The notes under the pieces were generated by a model. The model was not told the DNA's origin, made no database searches, and saw only the letters and a list, made by a program, of their open reading frames with translations. Shown piece by piece: positions 51,301 to 64,000 of a stretch of 64,000 nucleotides of DNA. Positions within the stretch are counted from its first letter, which is position 1; the number at the start of each line of letters is the position of its first letter. Origin of the DNA: Selaginella moellendorffii. Lineage: Eukaryota; Plantae; Lycopodiophyta. Both the position numbers and the translations under genes were made by a program. The stretch spans positions 1,701,586 to 1,765,585 of the forward strand of contig NW_003314294.1 of NCBI RefSeq assembly GCF_000143415.4. The letters are read 5' to 3'.

Positions 51301-51665
51301 TGTCACAACCCGACCTGAGAGGGAAACAAGGTCGGTGGGCCAATGCCTTGGCCGAGTTTGATTGCGAGATTCTGTACAAGCCTGGGAAGAGCAACATCGT
51401 GGCAGATGCGCTAAGTCGAAAAGCGAGCTTGAGGTTGGCGATCTCCAGCGCAACAGCAACCTTCTGGGACGATGTGCGGACAGCATATGAGAACGATGGT
51501 CTAGCACAAGAAGTGTTGTTAAGGAATCTGGAGGCGAGGGAAGCTCACTAGAGAGGTGAGCTGCCAACGGAAGAGAAAACGGGCTATGCGGAACGCAATG
51601 GACTCATTTATTACAAGCAAATAAGGGTGTATGTTCCAGAAGGGGGACTAAGGAAGGTAGCCTTT
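48376..51665 (+). mobile_element. Truncated Ty3/Gypsy (chromovirus-like) element: LTR end, PBS, gag-protease, partial RT, RNase H
   Basis: LTR end ..GGCTTACA (48516) then degenerate Met PBS; gag PPVFKG..WFYDMEDYF, knuckle CYNCGEAGHFSRKC, protease [49 protein letters not shown]; RT N-terminus deleted at ~50555; integrase absent. Confidence 0.9.
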
Positions 51666-51669
51666 GAGC

Positions 51670-53980
51670 TTCTATACTTTGTCCAACATGTTGTCTTCTC
51701 GACATCTTCCTCTACTACCCTGATCTGGTAGTATCTTGACCTTAGTTTGATCCTCGAGAAGTATTTCACCTTTCCCAACCTATCGAACAGGTGCTCAATC
51801 CTTGGTAAAAGGTACTTGTTTTTCTTTGTATACTTGTTGAGTAGCCGGTAGTCTATGCACATGTGCATAGATCCATCTTTCTTTTTCACAAATAATACCA
51901 ATGCACCATATGGTGACTTGCTCAACCTAATATACCCTTTTTCCACTAACTCCTCAAGTTGGCATTTGATCTCCTCGAGTTCCTTTTCATTCAATTGATG
52001 GGGGGGCGAACCACCACCTTAGCACCCTTGACTAGCTCGATCTTAATTCTATCAATCATTCGGGGGGTAACCCCGCCGGTAGCTTCTCCGGCATGGTATC
52101 TAGGAATTGGTCCAACACCCACTAGATCACTAAAAGCACTTCTTTTATTCCTATCTTTTTGTCACTCCTCACTGAGAGTAAGCACAAAAATGTTGCCTTA
52201 GTTCCTTTAATGAGTTGTCATCTCGTGGACACCAGGTTCACGCAGGAGTTTTTGGCCTTACATTGCCCTACATTTAGATCTATTGGGCATTTGTTAGTAA
52301 CATAAGGTTCTTACCTTGTCCATGCAGAGCTATTATGAACCGATTGAACTAATCCATCCCGAAGATTACATCAAATCCTGCCATGACCAATACAGTGACC
52401 ATATCTACTTTCCATGTCCCTATTTCGACTCTTGCTTGTCGAAGTACCTCATCGGTGCTTTGGCTATTTTGAACAAACTTTATAGTCCTTGGTTCACCCA
52501 GCCACTGCACCATTAATCCAGCTTGCCGGACTATGTCTGTAGCCACAAAATTATCCGAAGCACCCGTGTCAATAAGGATCTTAACAAAGCTACCTCTGAG
52601 CTTCCCTTAGAGGGCTAGTAGATCTCGCAAACAACTCTTTACCAAAGTTGCTCATGTAATGAGTAACTTTGAGCTAGGGACTGGATCATGTACCTCAATT
52701 TGGATTTAACCCGACTTAATGGCTATATTGGCTCTGGCTTTCTTTAGGTAGAGACATTCCTATGAAAAGTGTCCCGCTTCACCATAGTTGAAGCATATGT
52801 TGTTTCCCATGCTATTAGCAAACTTGACTTTCTGGGTTTGTCCTTTTTCACTTGACTCCCTTACATACTCGCTCACTGGCCCCTAGATCTATCTTTTCGG
52901 AACCCCAAGGACTCATTCTTAGAGAAATTCTTCTTAAATTTCCCTTTGCCATATATCAATCTTAGTTTGACCCCTTTGCTAAATATGGACCCCAACCCCA
53001 TTGTGTTCCCCTTTCGCAAGTTATCATTGAAATACACCTTGATAGCTGCATCCAACATTTCCTTGTAGTTGGTTTGGTTCCAACACATCAACTTGCCATG
53101 AGCCCAAGTTTGGAAGCCTAATATGAAGGCATGGAACACATCCATATCACCCTTGTCTATGACAAGTATCCTCTTTGCCATAAACACATTCACATACTCT
53201 TGAATGGTTTCTGGTCTGCTTCAGCCTACTCAACTTCATCCCTTAGGTGCAGAGTACCATTTGAAGGAACATAAGTTGCACGGATCCTCGCCTTCATCAT
53301 TTCTCAAGTGGCCACTGGTCCTTTGCTGGCCTCTATTATTCTCCACCAAGACTTAGCATTATTTGCCAAGTATGGTTTTCCACATGGGACCTTCTCTAAG
53401 CTCGGTAACCACAACGCTCGGAAGTAATCCTCCATATCAATAAAACCAATCCTCCACCACCTTATAGTCATTCACTCCCTTGAAGACCGGTGGGGGATTT
53501 GGTTTGTACTTGGGAACTGCTTGAGGGACTAATTCCACTTTGGTTTTTTCAACTTTGTTCAGTCCTGCCTCAATCCCAGTCGAAGGGTCCACGCCTTCTA
53601 CACTGCTAGTATCTGCAATCTTTTGTTTTTCTTCTACTTTTTCTTTCTCTTCTTGTCACGCTTTAGCTTGCGTATGAGAGTCTCTAGCATGGCAATGGTC
53701 TGAGCCAATTGTCCTTTTAGAATGTCCAATCGAGCCTTGGATAACCGAACCTCACCACCAGACTCTTGTTTGAAAGTTTCCTCACTGGAGTCCTCCTCAT
53801 GCAAAGATTTCTCATCTATATCCTCTTGTTTGACTGGAGGCTCTAGCTTTGGAAGAGGTTCTATCTCCGCCTTGGTTCATTTATGCGCTGCAATCTGCCT
53901 CTATCCTTCGTTAGAACTGAGAAAAAGGCTTCGATACCAAATTGTAAGCCACAAAATTTTCCTTTTTAATTTGCCAGTTT
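51670..53980 (-). mobile_element. Older, inverted copy of the same Gypsy family (LTR end, PBS, gag, protease, RT N-terminus)
   Basis: Reverse-complement homology to 48480-50555; PBS TGGTATCGAAGCC near 53927-53939; RT N-terminus in ORF 51611..51994 (SKSPYGALVLFVKKKDGSMHMCIDYR). Confidence 0.88.
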
Positions 53981-54099
53981 ACCTTGTTTATCCGACCAAT
54001 ACTGTCTTGGCCTTAGTTAAGTTCCTTTGCAAAGGTTCTCTCCCACCTATTATACCAGCTCCTACTTAGTCCTACTTGGTTTTAGTTATTCACTACACA

Positions 54100-56158
54100 A
54101 GTAATGGAGCATTAACCATCCATCTACGGATTCCTAAATCTCTTGTTCGAGCGTGGCCACTGAGAGAGTGAGAGAGAGAGAGAGAATATTCTGGTCCTCG
54201 AAATATTCCCCATCTTTTTTGTATAAAACCCTTGCCCCACAAGGGCAAGGGGGGGCATTTTGCAGAAAGCATTGAAGCACTTCTCATGTTTGAACAACCG
54301 TTGGGGGAGGTGCCCCTCCTTCCCCCAACAAATGGTGAACCCGGCGCGACCTGCAGCACTTTCTGAAGCGTCATTTCTCTCTTTTTCTTTTGGCCGTAGA
54401 CTTTATGAACGAATTCCTTGTTCGTTTTGCGGTGGTTTTGTTTGATCTTGGGCGTGTTGGACAGGTCTGGAGCTCCTCTTTTCAGCAAGGTATGGCGCTC
54501 ATCAAGCCGTGTAGTATTTGAAGAGATACAACGTTTCTTGGCTCGGTTTGAGGAATAATTGGAGGTTTTCACTTTCTCGCCTAGATCCTCGGCCCAATTT
54601 CTCATAGTAGTGCATTTGGGCGAATAGGGGTGGCATGCAAAAGGATTTTCTTCTCTGGCTAGATTGGGTCATCTTTGTGGCAGGAATTCGTGCTCCTTCG
54701 GGCTTTGTTTTGGATGCCGTTTCTTTCGAGAGATGCTCCTGGTCCTAGGCTTTCTGAAAATACCAATGGCACCTTAGTATTGATCTACATCAGTGAGATG
54801 CACATGTTTTTCCACAATATTGGTGTTCTAGGTGACCTCTTCTTGGATTTTGGGGAATATTGAGGTGGCTTCGTCCTAAATTCCTGTGATGGAGGGTAGA
54901 CGGGGTTGAGCTCTTTCCAACGAGCCCACCAATAGTCAAAATGGGGAAGGATCGAGACCAGAAGACTCATTTTTCTCTTTTGGGCTAAACTTTGTTGGGA
55001 GTTCCATGGGAGCGAAGCAATCTTCAAGGAACAGGTAACCGTAGGAACAGGGACAATAGGAACAGGCACAGGGATAGGAGTTGGTGTTGGAGCAAGCACA
55101 GGAGTAGGAGTGAGAGCATGGGGGTTACCAGTTACAGGTTATAGATCCCTGGTTACCAATTACCGGTTACTCTAGCGGCTACTCCAACGGCTACTTCGGT
55201 GGTTACCCCACGGGTCAATGGTTATGTGTGCTTGAGGCTTACATCTCCATTTTCACCCTTATTCCTCTTTGTCACAGGCATTTTGGGTAACTTTGCTCAA
55301 CTTGAGCACTAGCCTACAGTCTTCTTGCTCCTATCAACCCAGTTGCCTTGACTAGGGATTTGTAGTGTTCAGAGTATTTGATGCTGGTACAAACTAGACG
55401 TACGACAAACTGGCACCCTTTTACCATACCTTGAGGCCCTAAGGTACGAAGTAAACTTTCTAATATCCAAAGGTAGTTTAGGTACAACACTGCACCTTCT
55501 CGGGCCGAGTCCTCTTCATCCTCGGCAGATTCCAGTGACTTAGATCTACAGGCTATAGCGCAGCCACCTTTAGCTCGACCTCAGCTCCATGTTCTATAGA
55601 AGGGGAGTGATATGTCGACCTTCTCAGGTGTTGGAATAGTCTCTCCAACATCGCATATTAGTCACTTTGATTACTACTGCACCACAAATATGATCGTCGA
55701 CGATGATCGTATGTGCCGTGACTTCTTGCAATCTCTTGAAGGCAAAGCAGCAATTTGGGCAGATTCTCTCCTCCCAGAGGACTGGACAAACTTCCAGCCA
55801 CTACTTGCTTCTTTCAGAGAATGCTTTGTTGAAGAAAAACCCACAAATCGGCTACTTGTCGACCTCTTTTTGTTCCAGTAGGGTGCTCACGAGTCTGTTC
55901 CTGACTACATCACACAGTTTTGAGCTTATTGGAAGTAGTGTTGGGATTGCAGAGTGGTCTAAGATGAGCAACAGGGGATCACGGCATTCACAGCGGGTCT
56001 GTGCGGGAACTTGTGTGGAAACTTCTTAAGAAGACATTTAGGTCTTGCCGTGAGGCATTTTTATTTGCCACAAAGCTGGAAAGAGAGCTTCTTGTCGACC
56101 TAGGGATTGCTAGAGTTGATTTCAACCAAGCCATCACCCCGTCAGAGTCACCTTGTAA
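54100..56158 (+). mobile_element. 5' non-coding region and gag of a Gypsy element, interrupted by DNA transposon copy 3
   Basis: gag motifs in 55612..55881 (HISHF..MCRDFLQSLEGKAAIW..SFRECF); continues to PSESPC at the TIR; homologous to 898-1310 and 2810-3000. Confidence 0.8.
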
Positions 56159-56180
56159 GCTCTATTTCGTTAAAGTGGGA
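56159..56180 (-). repeat. Right terminal inverted repeat of the DNA transposon
   Basis: Same 22-mer as the left ends, but at the opposite (phosphatase-domain) end of an inverted copy; inner sequence diverges after base 22. Confidence 0.9.
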
Positions 56181-56587
56181 ATTGTCATTATCCCACTTGT
56201 AAAATAAGGTTTCCAAACCTTTATATAGTATATAAATATAACAAAATTCAACTGCATTGAGGCACATGCCATTTTATTTTAAACAAGGAAATGTCTACTC
56301 AATCACTTCTCACTGCTTCACCTCTCTCTTCTCCTTGTCATTGTCGTCCAATTTCTTTCCATCCTTTTAATATTGGCTCAGTTGCTCCGAGTCTAGGTGG
56401 AGCCCAAGTCCCCATTCAATCTTTACTTTCCCCTTATTAATAAAACAACTTCGTAGACTTCCAATAACATGCTGTAACACTTCTAGTATAATGCAAATCC
56501 TCTCAAAGAATTGTCTTTTAATATTAATACAATGGCATGGAACCCCATGCCATAATAAGTTACATTTTTAAATAAATACATGCCATC

Positions 56588-59500
56588 TCAGACTGTTATT
56601 TTTTGCCTCCAACGCCTATACAATAATCTTGGAATTTCATCACTCTCCACACTATCAGGATTTAAACCCAATAGTAATGCCATCTCTTCTCTAATACGTC
56701 CACGCTCATGTTCAGTGGTCGAAGAACCCATCCGGTTGAGCAGATTATGGAGATGCGGATAGTGCTTGGCTAGACAATATACATGCCATAAATGATGACT
56801 GGTGTCTGTCCGATCAAATGGCTTCTGATATACCGTTCCATCTGCCATTTGGTTGATTTCTGCAGCCACCTCCTGGACTGGCCGGTTCTCTATCACCATC
56901 GCTTCAAGCCGTTTTGCAAGGTCCCCCAGAACATACGGTTTCTTCTCCCTAGTTTCCATACTGCAAGAGATGGGGTGCACTGCATATGTGTGCGTGTTCG
57001 CTGCAGTTTTAATCGGCGAGTCATCGATGATGAGGATTTCACTTGACCTAGCAGTCCGGTTCATCACTACAGCCTCTGCCTTGACGAAGATGGGCTTGCT
57101 ACCCCTCACATGGACCATAGTCAAGCAATCCTCCTGCGTTAGGAGAAAGTCAAATGGTAATATTACTCGCGTCTGATCGTGCATCATCTGTAGCAACGTT
57201 AATGCATTGTGGCGCATCATGGATGTCCAAACTCCCAATTGCAAATTGAACCCGGCCCTCTGTTTTAAGTGTCGCATGGTCATTATTAGATCCCGCAGTT
57301 TCTCCCGTGTGATTAATGTGAATCTGTCTCTTTTGACCAACTTGCGACCGCAGGCTTTGGAGGGTACAGTGACATTCGAGGACGAGCCACGCTCATGGGA
57401 GAAAAGGACACCGTTCAGATCAAAAACGATACAGTACTTTCGCCGTGACTCTGAAATGAAATGCGTTAGCATAAAAAATGGTACAAGTCAATTTTACCAT
57501 CTACAATATTAGCGAATGGTGCTCCCGATGGTCGTTCAGAGGGTTTTGGTCGAGGAAACGTGAAGGGCGGAAATACTCTCCTCTGCAATGTGGGGTCAAT
57601 CGCATCCGATGGCGTGTGGGCACATGCCATTTCAGCTGTAGACTCTGGTACAACTGGCTCAACAGTGGCATGGGGTGGTTCCGATGGCGTGTGATCACAC
57701 GCCATTTCAGCTGGTGCCTCCGTTGGCAAAGTGGACATGACCGAACAGGCAGCAGGGGCGGTGTAGGGAGGTTCCAACGGCGCGTAGTCAGACGATTGGG
57801 CACACGTTGGAAATGAGGATACGACCGGCTCGGCGGCTGGGGCGGCCTCATGCGGGTCCAATGGCGCCTGGTCACCGTCAGTTGGATACGTGGACAAGAT
57901 TGACTCAGTGGTATGGGCAGCATCAAGTGGAGCGTGGTCAGCTTGCTTGGCGTTGATATGGATAGTAGCCTCCACCAGCTCTGATGACTCTTGCAGGCAA
58001 GTAGAGTCCACTGGCGGATCCATATGCATGTCCAAATATCTCCCTTCGATTGAGATGGTATCCTCCCGTGCTACTAAAAACAAACTCATTAGCACATTGA
58101 ATCGACTATACTGTATTTACCATCAGCTGCTATTGAGGAACTAGGACCGATATCACTTGGGCGCACTGCTGATTCTGAAGGATTGGACATACGTTTCGAC
58201 CCTTGCTTGGCACTATCCTTCCTCGACACTAAAGGCTAGAGTTTGTATCTTAATTCAACTGAATAATCTCTACTTACCATTTCTTCTGCGACCTACATGG
58301 ACAATGTTAGAAATGGTAAAAGGTTAGGAATGGATGTACTATTATTTACCTGATGGTTTGTCTTGTATGACCTTCCTCCGCTGCTCTTTGGCCACCTCAG
58401 GCTGGCCATCATCGTCATCATCGTCATCGTCGTTATTGTGATCGTCACCATTGTGAGGACCATCCAAGTCCTCTTCGTCCTCCTCTTCTTCGTCCTCCTC
58501 TTCGTCCTTCTGCTCTTCCTGCTCATTATCTTTCTTTGGCTCCTCATCCCCCTCTTGCATTTCTTCCATAGGCTGCTCAGGCTGGATTGCTTGTTTTTCC
58601 AGGACCATCTTGGAAAAATCATCTGGCCGAGTCTCCATCTCAAAATACAAGACATCCATAGCCTGTTTTAGTGCGTGACCTAGGACCGTATCCTCACCCG
58701 ACTGTCTTAACATGGTTTTTGCACGTTCTTGCACCCTTCGAAGACGACGAGATGAGAAAAACGTGGCCCTGACTTGAAAAGCATCCCTCATCCATTGTAC
58801 CTCTCCATTGAGATTGGGGAAGGGGAGTCCGCCATAGGAATCTGAGTCAGAAGGTGGTGACTGGCTCCTTTCACTCAGCCCTTGATCTGCAATGAATGGC
58901 ATGAGCACATACGCCATAACCGCGAGGCATTACCTATCATCTTTTCGTTGCCCTTCTTCCTTTTCGAATCAAACGCCTCTGATCCCGACGACTGTCCAAC
59001 GTGCTTTCGCTTTTTATGACCACTGTCAGTTTGAGCTTGGCTGGTGCTTGCCTGTTTTGCCTTTGAAGAAGTGTCTCCTGCAAGGAATGGCATGAGACCA
59101 CACGCCATTGCAAATATAATTTGTACCTCCTTTTTTCCTATTGCTTGTCTGTTTGTCCTTCTTCGACGCGCCACCAGTGCGCTTTTCAGTCCTCGTGTCT
59201 GAATATTCACAACGATCTATAATCAAAATGGCGTGAGGCCTCATGTGACCTTACCTTGTGCAGGTTGTGACCTCGGCCTAACATCAGTAGCTGTTAACGC
59301 CGTTTCAGCATCTGGGGGTGGCCACGCTCCTGCATACAGAGCTTGTGAGATAACATTTAAACTTAAAGTGCGTACTCACCAGGTTCGTAGAGAAGATACT
59401 GTTTTTCTTTGGCAACTGTAATTATATGCTCCATTGAAGTCACCTCTTCAATGGAGTTTGTCACCGCAACACACGGGACACCCTTGAGTAGTGCGGCTCG

Positions 59501-62163
59501 AAAGAATAGTCCGCCGCAGTTGTACTCGACAACGCATTTGCCCTTGGAGTCACCCGCTATTGCGTTGAAGACCCAGCTGAGCATTTCCCATGCTGCACCT
59601 GGAGCTTTCTTTGGATTCGAAAGCTCCATAGCCGTCTTCAGTTCCTCAGGCACGGGTAAATTGACCTCCCTCAGATCAATTCGATCGGCTTTGTTGAACG
59701 AAGCTGGGAAGTCACTCCAGTCCCACTCTGCTGCAGGACCAATAACAAGGGCGACTGTGAAGATGCGGACATTCGTCGGTATCTTCTTCTTAGCCATTAT
59801 CCCATGGATCTCCCGCATCTCCCTGCCTCTCAACCAAGCCTTCACCTCGTTCAAGGCCTTCCAGAACTTGTGATAGGATTCGGAGTCGTAGATCATATAG
59901 TGGACTGAAGATTCCACCTCCGCAAGTCCCACCATTAAGTCAATGATGGAGCTGACTTCGTCTGCATGAGTGATCTCCTCGTTTGTGAAGTTCATCACAC
60001 AAAAGATGTTCTTGACCTGCTCATCTCCGCGGGAAACGATGCTCCTCCACCTTTGATCCTCATCCGAATTCACGTATACCCGGTAAGGTTCTCGATAGGC
60101 CTCTGCTGCGGGGTCGAGCTGTTTCTGAAGCCGGCGGTCGACATCCCTCTTAATGAAATTTGGATACTAATCCAACTTCTCAGCTTTACTTTTCGTGGCA
60201 TCCCGCAGCAGATCGATGAACTTGGGGGCCCCCTTCACGTACTCGTCGATGTCTTCATTTGACAAGTCCAGCTCTTCCATCATCTCTTGCGTGGTGTCGA
60301 TGCTCACCCTCGCCACGGCCACTTGCTCGAAGATCCAATCCTTCAATAGCGCACGAGCTCTCAGAGTCGTGCACAAGTCCTCGTATGTCACAATATGGCC
60401 GGGAGTCATTTTGGTCTTGTTGAAGACTACCTCACCACGTAGAAGAGCATTAGCCACTGTCAGAAGGTCGTCGTCGTCTAGAGACCGCGAGAAACGCAAG
60501 GCGTTGAGCTTCAAATCATTGGGCTTCCGGCCGTCCTCCACACCCATTGAGTTTAGCAACTCCCCGTCATGGTACCTCCTTAGCACATCTACCCATTTGT
60601 CAAAAACAACTTTTGTCGCGAGTAGAATGTTATGGATGCTGAGTGTGTCATTGACCCCCAGTGTTTTCGAGAGAAGACTCGAGAATTCCTGCAATGGAAA
60701 TGGCGTGAGGCCACATGCTATGCCACATGCAACGAGGCTTACCTGCCAGGCGCTAGTTGCTAGTGCACGTCCTTGTCCTGGTTTTTGTGGCTTCTTCAGT
60801 TGAACCCAGAGCTTCCGTGTTCGTGCCAATGTCTCGTGCAGACCCGATTTGTAGCACGTTTCTTGCTTGACATTCTGCGCGTGGGAGATGTATATGATAG
60901 ATCGGAGGGGCGAGTTGCCTTTTATCAGGCGGACAACTCTTGTCTTGAAGACTTTCTTCACCTCCTCGCCCACCATAATATCCACAACTATCTGTTGCAT
61001 CGCCAAGCTAGAATGCTGCCCGGAGACGGCATAGAACCGGATGTTCTGATCGTCCAACACCTTCCTATTGATCAAGTCTGGAAACCTCGTCTCGCCCTTC
61101 ATTGTTCGGTAGTAGGGGATCACGTCTGCGATGTCGGGTGTTACTGGACTTGCCAGCATCTTCTGCTTCAGTTTCTCCACCCACTCATCAGATACTAGCC
61201 TGTGGTTGTATTTGCTTTGGATCTCGATACGGCTCACGTCGATTGTATATACTTTGTTGGAATAGTAACAAGTACTATTATCTGCGACGATTTTTGCTGC
61301 CTCTTCTTGCTCTTTCTGCTCTTTGCGGCTCTTCTTTTTGGTGGGTGTAGTGTTCGAACCCGAGGCAATGGCATCACCGAGTAGCTTCTTTTTTGGAGCA
61401 GCAGAGTCGGACGTCGGCTTGAGCTTGACCACCCTTTTCTGCTTCGGGGTAGTTTCCAGATCGACCCCCTTCCCCTTCGCTTCGCAAACTGGAGGCACTC
61501 TCAACGGCTCAATGTTGGAATATAGTTTTTGAACATCGCCGTAGGTGAGGTCCGTGGATTCCATGTGATCTTCATAGACCCGCAGCGTCTTTGAAATTGT
61601 GGGCCTCCTGGACAACCTCTCCCTAGCTCCCTCTAGGAATTCCTCATAGCCGCTGCCCCCCTCCGGGAAGCCGCTAGGATGTGCAAGGTGGATCTTGAAG
61701 GCGGACGCTGTCTCTACCACAAGTGCCAGTCCATATTCTTGCATGGAACTGCATGGAGTGTCTGTCACTTGGATGAGGATCCCCATGCATTCTTTTCTCC
61801 CACCATCTGTGTTGTACAGCATCAGATCCTCGCCTTCCATCCCGAAAGTCCAACTGGTGAGCTCCTCCCCCTTCTCTGCATCCACATTGACAGTGGCTGG
61901 AAGAAGAACGCAATTCCTTGCCTGTTCAAAAATGCACAACAATTAGAGCTGACAGATGAAAAGCTAGCAGCTGGAAATAACATGAGGCCACACGCCATTC
62001 ACCACTGCATCAGATGTCTTGAGGCTACATCCTAAGATGGCGTGAGGCTACACGCCATCTGTAACCGGACTGCACTCGAGAGCCCAATCGGTGCATGCCA
62101 ATGTTGCTACTGAATGGCATGTGGCCTCATGCCATTTTCTACTTCGTCTAAAAGACTTACCAT
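56588..62163 (-). pseudogene. Accessory gene, copy 3: complete exon set (~1625 aa) with one CAG>TAG at 60167-60169
   Basis: ORFs 60167..61942, 59363..60073, 58342..58917, 57466..58095, 56588..57472 linked by the same short introns; last exon has HAD motifs IVFDLNGVL, LGVWTS, FVK, LIIDDSPIK. Confidence 0.82.
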
Positions 62164-64000
62164 TTGAAGCCGAATGGAGGCCGTGACAATCGAGGCCGGA
62201 CTCGCTGGCGAATGTGCACTGTGTGTGCAGCGGATCGTAGCAGCAAGGCTACTCTGCCACTTACAGTTGGAGAGTGGTGCTGAAATCTCCCGGGACGCCA
62301 AGTGGGCTGCGTGTGGGTGGTGGAGTGGGCGGCGGAGTTGGCGGCGAAGTTACAAACTGGGTGTGTCTTGAAGTGGACGCCGATGCACACGAGCGCGATG
62401 CGAGCGCGAGTGTGATGCAAGCGCGAGTGGACGCCGATGCACACGAGAAACCTGTAGAGAAGTGAGCGTGATCGCGAGTGGGAGCGCGATGCGAGCGGGA
62501 GCGCGAGTGTGATGCGAGCGCGAGCGCGAGTGTGCGAGCGCGAGTACAAAGCAAAATGCAAAACCTAACCTCACACGCGCGAAATGTCACAACGGTTGGT
62601 AATCCCGCCACGTCATCATTCCTCGGACTTGGGCGCCACCATTAATTTCTGGATTGCCGCGCGCATGCAAGCACGCAAAATCCAAAAGAAATCCGCAACG
62701 TCATCATTCCTCGGACTGCATGCACGCGAAATCCAAAAGAAAGATCATGATTGGGATATCATTTAATACCCTCGCTATATTTATACCATGCATGATTGGA
62801 TATTCCAAAGCATCTTGTATTTCCAAAAATGGCAGATGTTCAGCTAAATAAAGAAATTCTATCTGTTTCTATTTTTCTCTCAAATCAATATTATAGCGTG
62901 TGGGCTCATGCAATGCTGTAAGAGGCAGATGCCGAGCAGATGTATCTCAGGCTAGCGAAGGGGACGAACGAAAGCTAGCTATAAACATGACGGGATGCAA
63001 ATAGATTACTAGGCTGGTCCTACGAAAATCAAAAACCATAATTGAAAACATTGAAAATGCAAAAAGAAAGGTTTATAATATTTTTGAATTTTAGGCAACC
63101 AAAGGAATGTAAGTAGGGCATGTGTTTGTAAGTTCAAAAATGCCTCAACCACTTAAATTCCCAATCAAATAAAGCTGTTTCTATTTTTGGTACAGGTAAA
63201 CTTTATAGCGTGTGGGCTCATGCAATTTTGAACCCAAAAATGCACCAAAAAATGCTCGACTAGCATTATTCTTTGAATGGCGTGTGGCCTTATGTCGAGC
63301 ATTATTCTTTGAATGGCGTGTGGCCTTATATTGCCATAAATGGACGTACACACACAGCGTAATTATTCCTTTACACGGCGAATAATCTTGGCGCGGATCG
63401 CTGACATGGCATGGCAAAGTTCGAATCACTGACATGGCACAGCTGGATCGAGGCAAGGACATGATGTGACAAAGTTCAACTTCCGACAGCAAAGTCTAGA
63501 AGCTACTCAGTTTGAAATTTGTCAGAGGAATCATAAGATCTGGTTTGTCAGAGGATTTGATGTGACGTTCAAGCGTGTGTTATTTTTGAATTCTCGAACT
63601 CATTCCTAGGTCTATCATTTTTGTGCGCCGTGTTCTTGGTTCCGCTGAGCGCAGTGAGCGCTGCTTGTGTAAGCGGCGTTGTGGGCTGTGGTTTATGCGT
63701 CTACGAGCGGTTGCGGCATTGCGAGCGCCATTGCGAGCGGCAGTTTATGCGAGTGGCAGTTTGTGCGAGCGGCGCTACGAGCAGTTGCGGTGTTGCGAGC
63801 GGCGCTACGAGTAGTTGCGGTGTTGCGAGCGGCACTGTCTTTGGTGTGGCTACCGCTTCCTCTTGATATTCGGCACTTGTGCTTCCTGGTATGTTCACCA
63901 TGGAATGGCTTAGGACCACATTTAGAAATGGCATGAGGCCACATGCCATCTTGGGCCCTTGCAATTTCATGGCTAGCGTATTGTCATGTATGTTTTTACT

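Larger units (their letters stand above)
56159..64000 (-). mobile_element. Sola1-like DNA transposon, copy 3 (inverted); intact right end; runs off the window
   Basis: TIR at 56159-56180; reverse-complement collinear with copy 1 (24936-39363 minus the LTR element); ~925-bp deletion at ~62914. Confidence 0.92.

Overview
Repeat-dense eukaryotic (land-plant) genomic DNA made almost entirely of nested transposable elements. No prokaryotic genes, RNA genes or CRISPR array were seen. Very short GT-AG introns (47-57 nt), TTTAGGG repeats and a Tat-type retroelement with its extra RNase H between protease and RT suggest a lycophyte (Selaginella-like) host; this is inference. Bases 1-20.4 kb hold decayed Ty3/Gypsy elements, one interrupted by a Helitron-like insert carrying a small secreted-protein ORF. 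The main feature is a ~13.7-kb DNA transposon present three times (20464-39363, 39852-48375, and inverted 56159->64000), bounded by a 22-bp TIR (GCTCTATTTCGTTAAAGTGGGA). It encodes (i) a ~1020-aa Sola1/DUF7869-like DDD transposase, (ii) a small acidic ORF, and (iii) a divergently transcribed 11-exon, ~1630-aa accessory gene that I reconstruct as ParB/Srx-like domain + degenerate beta-class DNA methyltransferase-like fold + acidic/low-complexity linker + FCP1/NIF-type HAD phosphatase-like domain. The element carries ~30 copies of a fixed-length 22-bp palindrome (ATGGCRTG-N6-CAYGCCAT) in introns, UTRs, subterminal regions and flexible coding linkers. Together these suggest a transposon-encoded, ParB/parS-like self-recognition (possibly anti-silencing) system; this is a hypothesis. 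Copy 1 is interrupted by a young 6.45-kb non-coding LTR element (near-identical 1146-bp LTRs, GTGCA TSD). All domain calls are by-eye motif recognition, not database results.
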